A stretch of DNA of 59,789 nucleotides, filler included, from Sphacelaria rigidula (GCA_964200075.2; 8 parts of 8 records of this genome joined end to end with filler, not necessarily neighbours in it), one strand, 5' to 3'; shown: positions 1 to 11,798, numbered from the whole stretch's first letter. The notes: generated by a model from the letters alone, not told the origin. Numbers and translations are program-made.

Positions 1-68
1 GAAAGGGATGCGTGGTCAATGGTCAAACGACTAAGGCAAGCAACAAATGAGTACGCCCCCCCCCCCCT
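1..68 (+). repeat. Dispersed repeat terminal module (family A; ...GGTCAATGGTCAAACGACTAAGGCAAGCAACAAATGAGTAC + poly-C)
   Basis: Near-identical copies at 14974-15039, 41388-41530 (tandem), 42012-42140 (+) and 29781-29830, 30168-30298, 53537-53657 (-). Confidence 0.9.
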
Positions 69-109
69 ATCGTAGGATGACTCGGCGCTAGTGGTGATGT
101 TGTTTCTCG

Positions 110-950
110 CTAATGGGGGGCCTTCATATTGTTCTGAAGTTCAAAATGCGCGCAGTATTCCCGACATGGTTGTTACCCAAAATCATCGTAAATGAAATCA
201 TTGCGGCCGCCATCAGTCAGGGAATCTCACATGGAAAACGCTCGGAAGAAACTATTTGTACGGGATCGAGGAAGAACCCAGACGTGGTGATTTGGCGTCG
301 TTGGATTCCCACTGATGATACGAATCAAAGACTAAAAAACCCTCGTGGCGGTTTCCCGTACACCCGCCGTAAATGGGCTACAAAAATCCTCAAAGCCGGC
401 AGTTTCAGAGATACGGGTTCTCGAAATGGATAAAAAACAATGTTGAAAGAATTTTTCGATATCCATCTCTCTACCGGCGCACGGGAATCTGGGTTGGAGA
501 CTCTTGGAAGCCGATACAAAATGCTTGAAAATGAACACAATGTCAAATTTGCTCGTGCCGAGGTGGTCCGAGGAACGTTTGTACAGCGGTTCGTCGCCTA
601 TATCGAAAACCTGAGCCCAAGCGGTCGACGTAAGCTTGAACGCACAATGGAAAGGTCGGTAGCATTCTATAATCAAGTAAGCAGGGCATTTGCGCACATT
701 AGTACACTTGTTCGCACGCGCGCGCGATTTCTCACGTGGAGGTCTCGAGCTGGACCCTGGACGTTTCCCCACGTGTGCTACGAGGTATTGATATATGGTT
801 TACGAATGTATCCTCTTTTTTCCTTTTTCCCTCAAATATCCGGGATCCCAGGAAGCAAAATGAGCCCCGGGACCCTCGGGACCCTTGATAATAGGCGAAA
901 CAAGTACGAGCTTCACCCGTTTTTTATTTTTGTTTCTTCATTTGTCGCAC
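110..950 (+). repeat. Dispersed non-coding repeat body (family C)
   Basis: Diverged reverse-complement match to about 53700-54600, where it abuts a family A module. Boundaries are approximate. Confidence 0.6.
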
Positions 951-1190
951 TTTGAACCTCTCTCCCTCCTCGGGACGAGTCCGTGGTTTCAAGGGATCAA
1001 ACTATTTCTCCTGGGAACTCAGAAAACTCGAGAAACCTGCGTGAAAAGTCGATGAGGAGTAAATTTTGAGCCTTTAACCTGAACCAGCCTGTATGACGGT
1101 ATGTCTGTCTCACACTTATTGTACGAAGTCCACCTGCTGCTCTACCCGCACGCTCCACGCATCACATGTCTATCATCTCTGCCTACTCAC

Positions 1191-1373
1191 TCGAAACCCG
1201 GCCTCGAACATCGACCTGATAGCGGCGGAGCCGGCTTCTCGGACCCCCAGCAAGTTCACGAGATGGCGGACTACGGGTGTCCGCAGCAGCGCACTGGCCA
1301 CTACACCTGACATGGGCCACATGTCAGGAAACTCGGCATGCAAAGCCGACATGCCAAGCACCGCTCCCAACGG
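1191..1373 (-). CDS. DGAT2/MOGAT-family acyltransferase, internal exon (PLGAVLG...ASALLRTPVVRHLVNLLGVREAG...GFR)
   Basis: Acceptor ctcaaag, donor gtgagt, 183 nt, phase 0/0. Continues PHGIV of the 2150-2278 exon. ASxLLRTPxxRH resembles the DAGAT block after the HPHG motif. Confidence 0.8.
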
Positions 1374-2149
1374 CTTTGAGATACAAATATTATGCAAGTT
1401 AGATGGGCAAGCAGGCAGGGATCGGAGGGTGGAGTGACCTTGTCAAATGTTCATGCTCAAGTTCACTTCATCGCAGAAGTGTTCATACTGTGCAGCCAGC
1501 TTATACGGGAAATATGCTGGGCACCCCGTGTGAGTGCTGCCATCCAATAGCGACGCCGGTTTCGTTAGTCGTCGACCTTGGAACCAGATATGTTTGGTTG
1601 ATCGATTCGCGCTCATCATAAGCAAATGTATCTGAGAGTAATGCCGCGATACCCCGCCCCCCAAGGACCGTGGCTGGTGTGGAGAGGCAAAATTGACATG
1701 TCAATCAAGATGACAAAACCCAAGCATACAGAGCAGCACAGAACTTCCACGCTTGGGATCGGTTTGGCCAACCTCGCCCATATAAGGCGATTCATACAGT
1801 CTGAAACTGCCCATCATGCGCTGTACGGCCACCTTCTTCGTGAGAGTTTGTGGTTGGGATGGGGGACGGGGCTATCGCGGCATGTCTACTCGCGAATCGT
1901 CATCATATGTATCGTCTACGATGCGCTGCGTTGTGTATGCAAATATGGTTAGAGTCGCTTCAAAGCTGCGTCTTGTTCTACATTAGCTAGGTATGCGACG
2001 CATAGCGCGACACCCTATTCTCGGACTCCGTATTCATCTGCTTATTGACGCTCGTGCAATGTGAGTCCTGCGCAAGAAATGTTTGGAGTCTCATGATGAA
2101 ATGATCGCCTTCATCGATCACAAACCCTCTCAATAGGACGTACACTTAC

Positions 2150-2278
2150 CACGATCCCATGCGGCGTCTGGGCAATCAGAAACGTCTTTCCCTCGTCCAC
2201 CATGTCCTGCAGTGCTTGACGGTCCTCAAAAACGGTCTCGAAGTTGAAGTACGTCTTCCACACGCCCAACAGTTGATG
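2150..2278 (-). CDS. DGAT2/MOGAT-family acyltransferase, exon with YF(P) and (H)PHG-like motifs (HQLLGVWKTYFNFETVFED...FLIAQTPHGIV)
   Basis: Acceptor ctgcag, donor gtaagt, 129 nt. Motif order and spacing match DGAT2. An alternative acceptor 9 nt upstream is possible. Confidence 0.8.
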
Positions 2279-2870
2279 CTGCAGGTGCTGAGGATTCGGC
2301 GTTCGGTATCTCAAACGTCTTTCGTTGTTCAAGGTTTTCAATCGGCGGCGGAGACGGCGACAGCGAGTCGAAGGTGTTTACGTTGGATATATGGTTATTC
2401 GATTTTATTTTGCATTGAGTATCGTAAATATTTTTGTAGCTGCCCATGTGTGCCGCCGCGCCCTGGGTCAAATGGTACAGCTTCCCCATTCGGTTAGACG
2501 AAGGTGGGATCGAAGCCCAGCAGCATTCGGGTTTCCTATCGTTCATGCACCCGATTTCCGTCGTTAACACATGAGGGTGCGACTAAAAAATGACTGTACC
2601 TGATGAGATTCCACCCGGTGAGGAAGTGCTGATCTAATCGATGCGCGATACCGTGATGCAATCAGACGTATACAGGGGGAGGAATGTTTTTTTTCGCTTC
2701 AAATGACGGACTACGGACTCGTCCCGGAGAAAGGTGTGTGTGAAAAGGAAGGGAAAGGTTGGAACGTGTGACCAACATATTCATGCAGCAGTTACCCACC
2801 ACCAGGACGAGCCAACGATACCCCGGCGTGCTCCGTCCCGGCTTTGTAGGGGCGGAACCCCTTATGGGGT

Positions 2871-3366
2871 TGGCGTCGGTTGGCGACGACGCTGTAAAAC
2901 ACGCCACTCACTGCGTAATCTAGGCAAACAGGTTGCCGATTTTGTTCGCGCGCCCTCGTTTTTGTTTTGCGGTGACCATTAGGGCGGTCGAGCTACATAT
3001 AGTGTGCGGGATGGGAGAACATCGAGTCCGCGCAAAGGAGATGATCGTGCTACGAAGTGTTTGAATGGTGAGACACCCATGAGGCAGTGTATAAACCGTG
3101 GCTGTCTCTGGAAATGGCGATACCAGAAACTGAAGCAACTCGTTGTAGGCTGTCATCCAAATGCAATATAACCAATGCTCTTCGGGTCAAACAATCTCAG
3201 CAGGATGCAGCTCACCCTTCGTGCGAGTCGCCGAGCACACCACGGCGCTTCGCGCTTGGTGGTTGACTACGAGACTGGTTGGGCGAAAAGTCGGCTTTCT
3301 CCGTCCCGGCTTTGCAGGAATGCGAGATCAATGGTCATATGACTGTGGCATGCAAGACCGTGAGTA
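2871..3366 (+). repeat. Dispersed repeat family B (about 500 bp), ending in a module homologous to family A
   Basis: Colinear similarity to 32003-32510 (+) and 55117-55425 (-). 3' fragments at 30840-30975 and 7488-7532. Confidence 0.8.
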
Positions 3367-3525
3367 TAGAGCAGTGTTACGGTAGGGGTACACGTTTTGC
3401 GCAAAATCTCGTCTGTTTCAGGGGCTCCTAACGATGCTAGATGTTCAGGATATGGCTCAGGGCGTCCCCGTTTGCAAATTCATTCGGGAAATCCTTAGCA
3501 CATGGGAACCGTAACCCTGGCGTAC

Positions 3526-3550
3526 CTTCACATATTCCGTAAGTTGTGTG
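3526..3550 (-). CDS. Putative 25-nt micro-exon of the DGAT2-like gene ((H)TQLTEYVK)
   Basis: cttatccag|...AAG|gtacgc. Phase 2/0 exactly bridges the 5737-5873 and 2150-2278 exons. Confidence 0.5.
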
Positions 3551-3916
3551 CTGGATAAGATTAAGGGCTCTTAACAACTTTCACAGCAGAAGTAAACAGT
3601 TGCGCACCCCTGCCGTGGCATCACTCTACACCAGCACGTGCCGGTAATTTGAAGAGATCAGTTCGTCTCTCAACCTATAGTGGCCCTTACATTCCGGTGT
3701 CGCGGGTTGCATCAGCACTATCGTCAGCGTTCCTTTGCTGCTCGTGCTGACACACTTTCAACGACGGATCCCATCTTCTGTCTCGCCCCGCAAATCGTAC
3801 GGTATCTGTCGGGAGTTGCACCCACAGTCTGTCGCCTTACCCGGCTTTTGTTGAACCCGTTTGACCACGGAGAGACGCCGCCGTGGTACAAACTGATGAT
3901 GCGTGATACACACTGG

Positions 3917-4124
3917 TGCAATGCTTGTGCGGACCGCGTGCGCTTTGGGCCGCATCGGAGTTCAAAACACCCCGGGACCGACGGTTTTGGATATTTTTCA
4001 AGACCGCTCGGGCCAGTTCCCGCAGGGACCGCGCCTCCAACCCTCACTTTGACCCTAACCTCAACCGTAGGGTGTTTAAAATCCGACGCGGTCCGAAAAG
4101 CATGGGATCCGCACACTCATTACA
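3917..4124. mobile_element. MITE with TG(T/C)AATG...CATTACA TIRs and internal degenerate telomere-like CCCTAA
   Basis: Diverged relative of 16997-17207 and 20081-20290. ACTGG is duplicated at the flanks. Confidence 0.65.
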
Positions 4125-5006
4125 CTGGTACCTATGATGATGACACTGAAGAGCGAGTCACGCATCCTAAACAATGATACCGCATAGGCAATATTTGCCG
4201 TGTCCATGGACGACGATCAATCACAGCCATCACAATTACTTGTGCTGTGTTGCGTTTCGTCCATGATATTGAAGGTTTGCACCGGTACGGAACGCCGCTG
4301 CGCCCTTATGAACTAGAACGGATGACTGATGCCATGGGGAGGTGATGCCAAGACAGCCCCCCCAAACCAGCGCCGAAACTGTCAAGAAGGACATGGTCGT
4401 ACAGCGCTTGATGATGGGTGGTTCCAGGCTGCGTGAAGCGCCTCATATGGGCGCCACTGACCAAAACAATCCCAAGCGTAGGAGTACCCAGCAGCTGCTA
4501 CTCAGTGCACTCCTATTTTGCCATTTCGATCCGCCTGTCGATTTTGCTTCGTCAAACCAGCCACTTTCCTAAGAGGTCTATCGCGGCTTCACTACTTGGT
4601 AGAGATGGACAAAACATGTCTCGGGTTTGAATTGTGAGTAGCCCGTTTTGTCCTCGAAAAATTCACCTATTGTGCATCGTCAGGGCACGCGACCATTTTC
4701 ATTCCAACGGGCTAGGGATATCTCGGATTGATTTTGGAACAGGAATGTCCCAAGTCATCTTCTTGTTCATCTCCTAACGCAAGGAGTTTCTTAATGAGAA
4801 ACATGTGACGCGAGTGTGCAACCGCTACCATGGTAGGGTCCGGATGTGAGTACAGGTATTGCAAGTATGATGTACGTGTCGTGTGTAAGAATGTGGCTTG
4901 CACCCAGTGCTTGGGGGGGATGCCGCCACGACACGACCAACAGGAAAGCCCGGCATCTCTTTACATACTGTAGAGCACACGCGAGACAGTTCGAAGGAAG
5001 TATTTA

Positions 5007-5361
5007 CACGCGGCCATTTGGCTACCTCCCGAAATGCCTCCGGAGGGATGCGCCGCCCTCCGGAGGCAAAACAAGCCCCCGGTGGCCTTCAATTCTTCTG
5101 GAAAAAACCAAACACTACCGTGTAGGAGGGCCGGGCCGCGCACCCCTCCGGAGGAGTGTGGGGGGTTCCAAAATCCCCAGGAGGGATGCGCGGCCCTCCA
5201 GAGGCAATTGCAAGCCTCCGGAGGCACTTCATCCCTATGGAGGAAACCAAAACGTACTCTTCTGGAGGGTCGCGCACCCCTCCGGAGGCGTTCAGTTCCT
5301 CTTGAGGCTCGAAGCGTTGACCGCCCTGGAGGAATTTTGGGGGTAGCCAAATGGCCGCGTG
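5007..5361. mobile_element. MITE with CACGCGGCCATTTGGCTAC TIRs and internal CCTCCGGAGG palindromes
   Basis: Clear inverted ends. A shorter second copy lies at 24708-24922. Confidence 0.8.
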
Positions 5362-5736
5362 GTTGACACATGGCTACGTAGACGCAGGATATGCTGCCCG
5401 CAACGATGATGGCGTCAGCAGTACTACTGGCACCTAATACTCTACAAAAAATATATCATCGATAAAAAAAGGAGCACGACAAATAACCCGGGGGTGGTGA
5501 CGTAGGGTAACTACGAAATTTCAGTATTTTAGCAAACAGGGCCGCACATGTGACGGAAATGCTATGAACACATTGAGGGTGACAAACATGACAGTGATGA
5601 GCCTATTTTGTGTCCTGAGCAGCTTTGCCTCCAGTTGCATGATTATACATACACACAAATAAGTACACAATATTTCGCTCACCACACGCAAGCACAAGGA
5701 GCATTGCTCAGACCCTAGTTGAGGCGTTCAACTCAC

Positions 5737-5873
5737 TGAAAAGTAAAAAGGTACATCGATATGCCGAGGAGGCAGGTCGGCAGAATGCAGATGCCACAGC
5801 CCCACGACAACCGCATGACGTAGACCAAGTATATCTCCGTCGCCGCGAATGTCGCGGTTCCACCGAAACACAC
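5737..5873 (-). CDS. Putative hydrophobic (transmembrane) upstream exon of the DGAT2-like gene (VCFGGTATFAATEIYLVYVMRLSWGCGICILPTCLLGISMYLFTF)
   Basis: acacag acceptor (or an alternative near 5909), gtgagt donor, open and hydrophobic frame. Position fits the DGAT2 N-terminal TM region. Confidence 0.55.
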
Positions 5874-6104
5874 CTGTGTAGGTTTCGACCAGGCCGTACA
5901 ATGGCACGGCTGTCAGGAAAGCTGGGGAAAACGAAATTACTCCGATTCTCTGGGGTTGTGATGAAGGAGGGGGGAGTAAAAGTTGAAATCTGTGCGACAG
6001 CCACAACGCGGCACCGCTGGTTCGCAAGGGCACACACCATGGAAGGGATACGGCGATTTCCACCATAGTCCAGCGGTTGCTATTATTCCACACCCTGGAC
6101 AATA

Positions 6105-7220
6105 CAATATGTTATCAATATATATTATTCGATCATATTGGAATTTTACGATATGTTGACGGCGTAATATATATTGGTACCCTTGGACTGCACACATATT
6201 GCGCGCCCAATATATATATATATATATTGATGTCGTGGGGCTGCATACATATTGCCCGCCAAATATATACTGGTACCATGGAGTTGAACACATATTGCCC
6301 CATCAATATATATATTGGGGCAGTGTGGGCGACGGTATATTGCACGACCAATATATATCAAGTACGCATTGGTTAGAACATATAGACCGGTCAATACATA
6401 TTGGGTCTGCGTGGGCGCCAATGTATTGGCCGGTCAATACATATATCGGATATTATAGGTATGGTGCACACTTCAAGAAAGATCCAGACGCGGTGGATGC
6501 CGGAGACTGTGGAGATCGGGAAAAGCTTTGAAGGGAGTTGCAGAACTTCGCGTACATTGCTACGAAGAGTTGTCCAATTCGTTTGATATATATGTATATA
6601 TATATACTGGTCAGAAGACATGGTGGCAGAAGAGGCGACCCGGTATATATGCCTTCTGATACCTATCTGGCCACCGGTACAGCCCACCCATCTCCTTCAC
6701 AGCATGTAATACATCTTCGGTGAACATCACGACGACAGAAAATGCGAGTCGGTATGCGTCTTTTGGTAACCGTGTGGTCACCGGTGCTGTGTTCCTTATA
6801 CCCTGGACTTTACAATATGTTCCAATATGATACAAATACTTTGTACTGGAGACAGCGCAAATATTGTCCTTTCAATATATATGGTGTTGAGATGTCCTCG
6901 GAGACATTGAAGCAACAACATATATTTCTCGTGCATGGTCGTGAAGAAATGCATGATAATATATATTGGACATGCATTTGCTCCGGGAAGAAAACATTCA
7001 AGATATATTGTGCATGCCGGCCGTGTATGTACTGAAGTGTCAACATATATTGAGTCGAAGCCATGCATAACATATTGTTACCATGATATATATTGGACGC
7101 AAACCATGCAAAAGTATTGTTTTTCCAAAATATATATTGCGCACGCTCATCGCATAGCTATTGTCCAGCCAATATATATATGTATATATTGAACACGCTC
7201 GCAGAGGAATATATTGAGCG
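6105..7220. repeat. Region densely studded with CAATATATAT/ATATATTG motifs in both orientations
   Basis: Dozens of motif copies read directly. Resembles subterminal-repeat-rich non-autonomous transposon sequence. Confidence 0.6.
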
Positions 7221-7387
7221 TTTTCGGCATGTTGTGATGATACTTTTCACGACCCCCCCCCCCCAGAAAAACTCAGCTAAAAGTGTCACGAAAAAATTGT
7301 TCATACAGCGCCTGATGTTCGGGTTCAGGCTGCATGAAGCGCCTCATATTGGCGACATTGGCTAGAAGAAACCCAAGCGGGGAGATT

Positions 7388-7487
7388 NNNNNNNNNNNNN
7401 NNNNNNNNNNNNNNNNNNNNNNNNNNNNNNNTTAATTAATTAANNNNNNNNNNNNNNNNNNNNNNNNNNNNNNNNNNNNNNNNNNNN
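7388..7487. other. Artificial contig linker N44-TTAATTAATTAA-N44 (also 14874-14973, 22360-22459, 29846-29945, 37332-37431, 44818-44917, 52304-52403)
   Basis: Identical 100-nt spacer with stops in all six frames, separating equal-length contigs. Confidence 0.99.
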
Positions 7488-8327
7488 AATGGTCTCATGA
7501 CTATGGCATGCATGATCATACACCCCCCCCCCCGAAAAACTCCAGGGTTAAAAAAAGGGACATAGGGTCTCGGATTGTTTTTTGGGCACTTTCGGATGAC
7601 ATTCAAATCACATTCAAAGCGGTGAGCGATTCAAAAACCATTCATCTGAAATACTGTATGCAGTAGCAGACTCTCACAAACAAGCCAAGGCTGGCAGCAC
7701 GCGGGTGAAAGAGCTATCTTTGATTCTGGATCTCGTGTGATGAAACGCCAAACCTGGCATATATCCGCAATATCACTTCGAGGTGTAGTGACCACGAGTA
7801 CTGTACTGTACTGTCTGTACCCGTATTGTTGTCAGGTGCAGACCCCAATCCTACTGTCATTTTGTTCGTAATCATGTAATCATCTTTGTTATAATATCAC
7901 CATACTAAAAATGGTATAAACATGCCAGTAACGGCAAACTTCAAATAAACTGGAGACGTCCTCACCAGTTCCAGTTAAACTCCGCTTCCAGTTTAACTGC
8001 CAGTGCAAACTGGTCCAGTTTACAGCCCTACATACTACCGTAGTGTAGCAGCATAGCACCACCATACTACGTGCGCACACTGACAAAACATTGATGCATG
8101 AACTATTATATAATGTGATATAGCACCCACTGGCGGAGCCGTGTTTGCCTCTCCTGTGTTTCTCATGTTCCCGGACGTGAACCAAGTATCACCGCTGAGA
8201 AACAGTCGACTATAGAAAATCTACGCTCTTGTTACTCCCTGACATGATTTACATTCATCTGCAAAGTGTTATCCTTGTCCGTTGTTCGCGCGGGTGCGTG
8301 TGTACATGTGTGCCCTCCCGTGAGCAG

Positions 8328-8434
8328 TATGAGTGGGCTGGCTCAGTTTGTTACCTCGAGGGGTCTCGGGACGCTGCAGGAATGGTGCGAAGTAGGGTAC
8401 AAGGCTGTGTTGACAGCAGATGAAGAGCTTTCGG
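8328..8434 (+). CDS. nrdJ: Class II (AdoCbl-dependent, monomeric-type) ribonucleotide reductase, exon (MSGLAQFVTSRGLGTLQEWCEVGYKAVLTADEELS)
   Basis: gagcag acceptor, gtaaga donor, phase 2/1. Splices in frame to the KPSGTVS exon. Confidence 0.8.
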
Positions 8435-9460
8435 GTAAGAAAATGGTTTTTCACGTGATTCTTTTCCCCTAGACGAGTGCCATTGGTCACGGAGTCATCT
8501 CACACGGAGCGAAAAGAAGGCCAAGCTCTGTTTTTTCATGTATTAGGCAAGTTCCCTGCACTGCAAAAAGATACCTTTGTCACCGAGATATCTTGGACGG
8601 CATGCAGTTATCGGTGGTGTGTTGCCGACGCAGTTCACGAGAAAATCAATGCTCAACCCCCCCCGCCCGGTTATGTAATCCGCAACTTTATGTTACTCGT
8701 CGCCGCTTGTTCTGTGATGGGTCCAACCATCGCTCATGGTTTTGTACGGCCATGAGACATTTTGATTCAAAAGCCCCTGTTTTTTTCAAGGTAAAATTTG
8801 ATTGGGCGACGTTGTAGTCAGCAATGCGGAGTGTACACGTTGGAAATGCTGATGCACAGAGAGAGACTGCCAGGCTTTTCAAAGTTGCCTGAGAGTGGCG
8901 TCACATGATTTGCAGCGTACTTCTTCAAAAGCATGTTGTGTGCATCTTCGAGACCTATGTTCGGGACCGATTAGCACGTTGTTGCCCACTAGTTAGCCCC
9001 ATGTTTTGTTTCACTCCAGATTATGCAATATCTCTTTATGCGAGAGTTTCTTCGCTAAATTCTTCTTGAGTTTGACAGTGCACGTTACAGATGCTCGTTG
9101 AAACGGCCATATATCCGCACGCACACACTAACATCTCCGACCTCGCGGCAAGTGTCACACTGGATCTTGTTGCTGTATATCGACTTAAATTCTGAAATCC
9201 ATCCCATCCTGCCTCTTTTCAAGAGGAGTACATTTTGAGTTTGAGCTTGTCGTGCTAGTTCGAATGTGTACTCGACCCTCGGACATGGACACAGACAAGC
9301 GTTCCATTACGCCACCTCTTGTTCTGTTTTGTTTGATCTTGCGGTTGTTATCAAGAGCATTCGAAAAACAAAATGTGACTAAGTTGCGTTCCGCTCCGTT
9401 CTGGATGCTTGCGTACTGTGCTCCCAAACGCCAAATGCAAATTCAAAACGCCCTGAACAG

Positions 9461-9544
9461 CTCGGTTTGGCATCCCGACCTCCATCAAGACAACCAGCAT
9501 TAAGCCCAGTGGAACGGTGTCCCTGCTTGCCGGTGCAACTCCAG
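9461..9544 (+). CDS. nrdJ: Class II ribonucleotide reductase, exon (ARFGIPTSIKTTSIKPSGTVSLLAGATPG)
   Basis: ctgaacag acceptor, gtcagt donor, phase 1/1. SIKxTxxKPSGTVS is the monomeric class II RNR signature. Confidence 0.9.
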
Positions 9545-10829
9545 GTCAGTTTTGAGGGAATGGGAGGAGGTGATAATATCTTCCAAACGCCGTGAGGGTC
9601 ACATGTACCGTATCCCACAGTACTCTGGGCTCCAGTAGGTCTACTGAGTACCCAAGCGTACCTGGAGTATCCGCTGCCGGAAGTGCTGAGCCGTTCCCGT
9701 TCCCGTACCCGTACCCTAGCCTACCCTGACCGCCTTTGATGCCTTCAATCGCCCTTTACCACAGGAAGATGGAGTATTTCTTCTATGAGCAACGCAGCCC
9801 GCCCTACCCCCATACTGGCCTGACCGTTTACTATGAAGCATGGGGTATAAAGCCTTCTGCAGTTCATTTCCATTCGCATACACTCATGTTGTTCCCCCGC
9901 TGTCGGGCGCGACGGAAACGAGAGAGCGTTCCAGAGTTTGCCAGTACAGTGCCGCCTGGATCCGCAGCCGCAAAATTCGCTTCCAAAAATGGTGTTTGTG
10001 TACCAGTTCAAACTCTCGTCAGGGCACGAGTGTGTCCATGTAAAAGTGACTGTCCCATGTGTGGAGCGGAAGGCACGCCCGAGTTGAACGGATGTTCCAC
10101 GCTTGAACGTATGCATTGGAAAATCGGTGTAAGCTCTGCCTTTTGTTCCAGCATACCGTATGTACGTCCGCCTAGTGCATTAGACGGCTCTCATGTGGCG
10201 AAAGGTGTGTTGCTCTTTGCCCGGTGTGAACTCGAAGCCCTCTTGGAGAGTAAACCCCTCGTCCGGAGATAGGATGCGTATGTGCATGTATTTGGTTTGT
10301 CAGGTTTGTCATCCCCCACCATGCCACACGCCTTTGGTTGGGGCTGGCATCATTGATCGCAATGATGCTTCCCCGAACGAAATATCCATGGTGCTATCAC
10401 AGCTTCTGGTGATCATACCAGTCGGCATCATGGGACATTTCATGCAACTTTTGTTAAAACACCGTGCACTTGATATGGTCAAGCATCCACGAGAGGTTCA
10501 TGGTGAACCGAATGATTCATGAAACCCTTCTCTGCCCCATTTTTGTGGAGTGCTATCATCATCATTGTTCTGCGGTGGGACGCAGAACCGTCGCCGTCGT
10601 GTGCGTGCGTGTTTCGAGCGTGTACTTGTGCTTTCGCATTTTCGAGCAGTGCGTGGCCACTCGAGAGCTCCACAATCTAAAGCCGAACTCACACCCTGTT
10701 GCTAGCTCTAAGCCTTAAACCCACACGTTCGGACCTCGAGTGTTCGTCAGTGAGGTATACTCATACCCTGCGTCGGTAGGCTATACATATGAGGTATGTG
10801 CAACATCATAATACTACAATCGAAGTGGC

Positions 10830-11440
10830 GTGCGTCCCATGGCAGCCTTGTATCATGGCAGTATAGCGGACGTGTCACAATTTTTTCATCATGGTACCAC
10901 CATGGGGAGTATAGCCCATGGACGTGACACAAGCCATGATAGCTGCATGAAAACATTATGGTACCAGGCGTTCATGACACTCACTGCCATGACAGTGCCG
11001 TAACCATTCACGAGAGCATCACGACGCTACCGCGGTCTGCCACGGTACTCTCGTCGTATACTTACTCATCGAGGGTACCGTGGGAAAAAGGGCCGCCACG
11101 GTACCCACGCACTTCCATCGGAGGATCTACCATTGCAGCTCATGGGGCCACACCCTGATGCATTGCAACATTGTCAGTCATTCCTCGTAGAAACGGATGT
11201 TACACATACTTAGATAAGCCGTTTTTACTTTTTTGGTGTTCGCCGGGGGAGTTTGGTGCAGATAGGCTATTGCGGCAAGTACCGAAATCGTTAAGAACTT
11301 TTTTTTCAGTGTTGACCATTCCAGACGCACCATGAATCGAATAAGTTCTGCAATATTTGAGTTCGGCGTTGTACACGCGCCATGGGCATGTCCTGCCATC
11401 GCCGTGGATTTCCATTGAAGCGAACACGTAAAACGTTCGC
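10830..11440. repeat. CCATG/CATGG-rich degenerate repeat in the RNR intron
   Basis: Recurrent ccatg/catggc motifs. Boundaries are approximate. Confidence 0.4.
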
Positions 11441-11704
11441 GGCAAACTGAAAAAGCAGCCAGAGAGCTACCTCGTATCGACTATTAATAAATCAACGCCA
11501 GCAATCAGACATTTTCTTGAAGGTGCTCTAGAACGGCACGATAATGCTGGTATATATTTTTTCCGTTTGAATCAGTGTGGATTGCTTGTCGTGAGAGGAG
11601 CCGATGCTATATTTACGCACTGTATGCTCCCGGTAGTTTATTGTACGTTGTGAAGCAACTCTGTTGGTTCCTCCGCTCCCGCCGTCCACGGTTCATGTCG
11701 GCAG

Positions 11705-11798
11705 GAATGCACTATCCGGAATCGAGGTTCTACCTGAGGAGGGTGAGGATTTCGTCGGATTCGGACGTGATCGAGCCGTTGAGAGATGCTGGATATAG
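11705..11798 (+). CDS. nrdJ: Class II ribonucleotide reductase, exon (GMHYPESRFYLRRVRISSDSDVIEPLRDAGY)
   Basis: cggcag acceptor, gtgagc donor, phase 1/2. GMH...Y.RR.R follows KPSGT in RTPR-type enzymes. Confidence 0.88.

Noticed and set aside
113-955. ORFs 113-433 and 440-955 as genes
   Set aside because: They lie in repeat family C, have no recognisable domain, and the frame is not evidently preserved in the other copy.
4846-5371. Overlapping ORFs on both strands
   Set aside because: They are by-products of a GC-rich palindromic MITE.
7432-7443. TTAATTAATTAA as a biological motif
   Set aside because: It is an artificial six-frame stop linker inside N runs.
9736-10520. 178-aa ORF and protein-like minus-strand fragments in the RNR intron
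   Set aside because: No recognisable motif, and the RNR exons splice cleanly around it. It may be TE debris but cannot be assigned.
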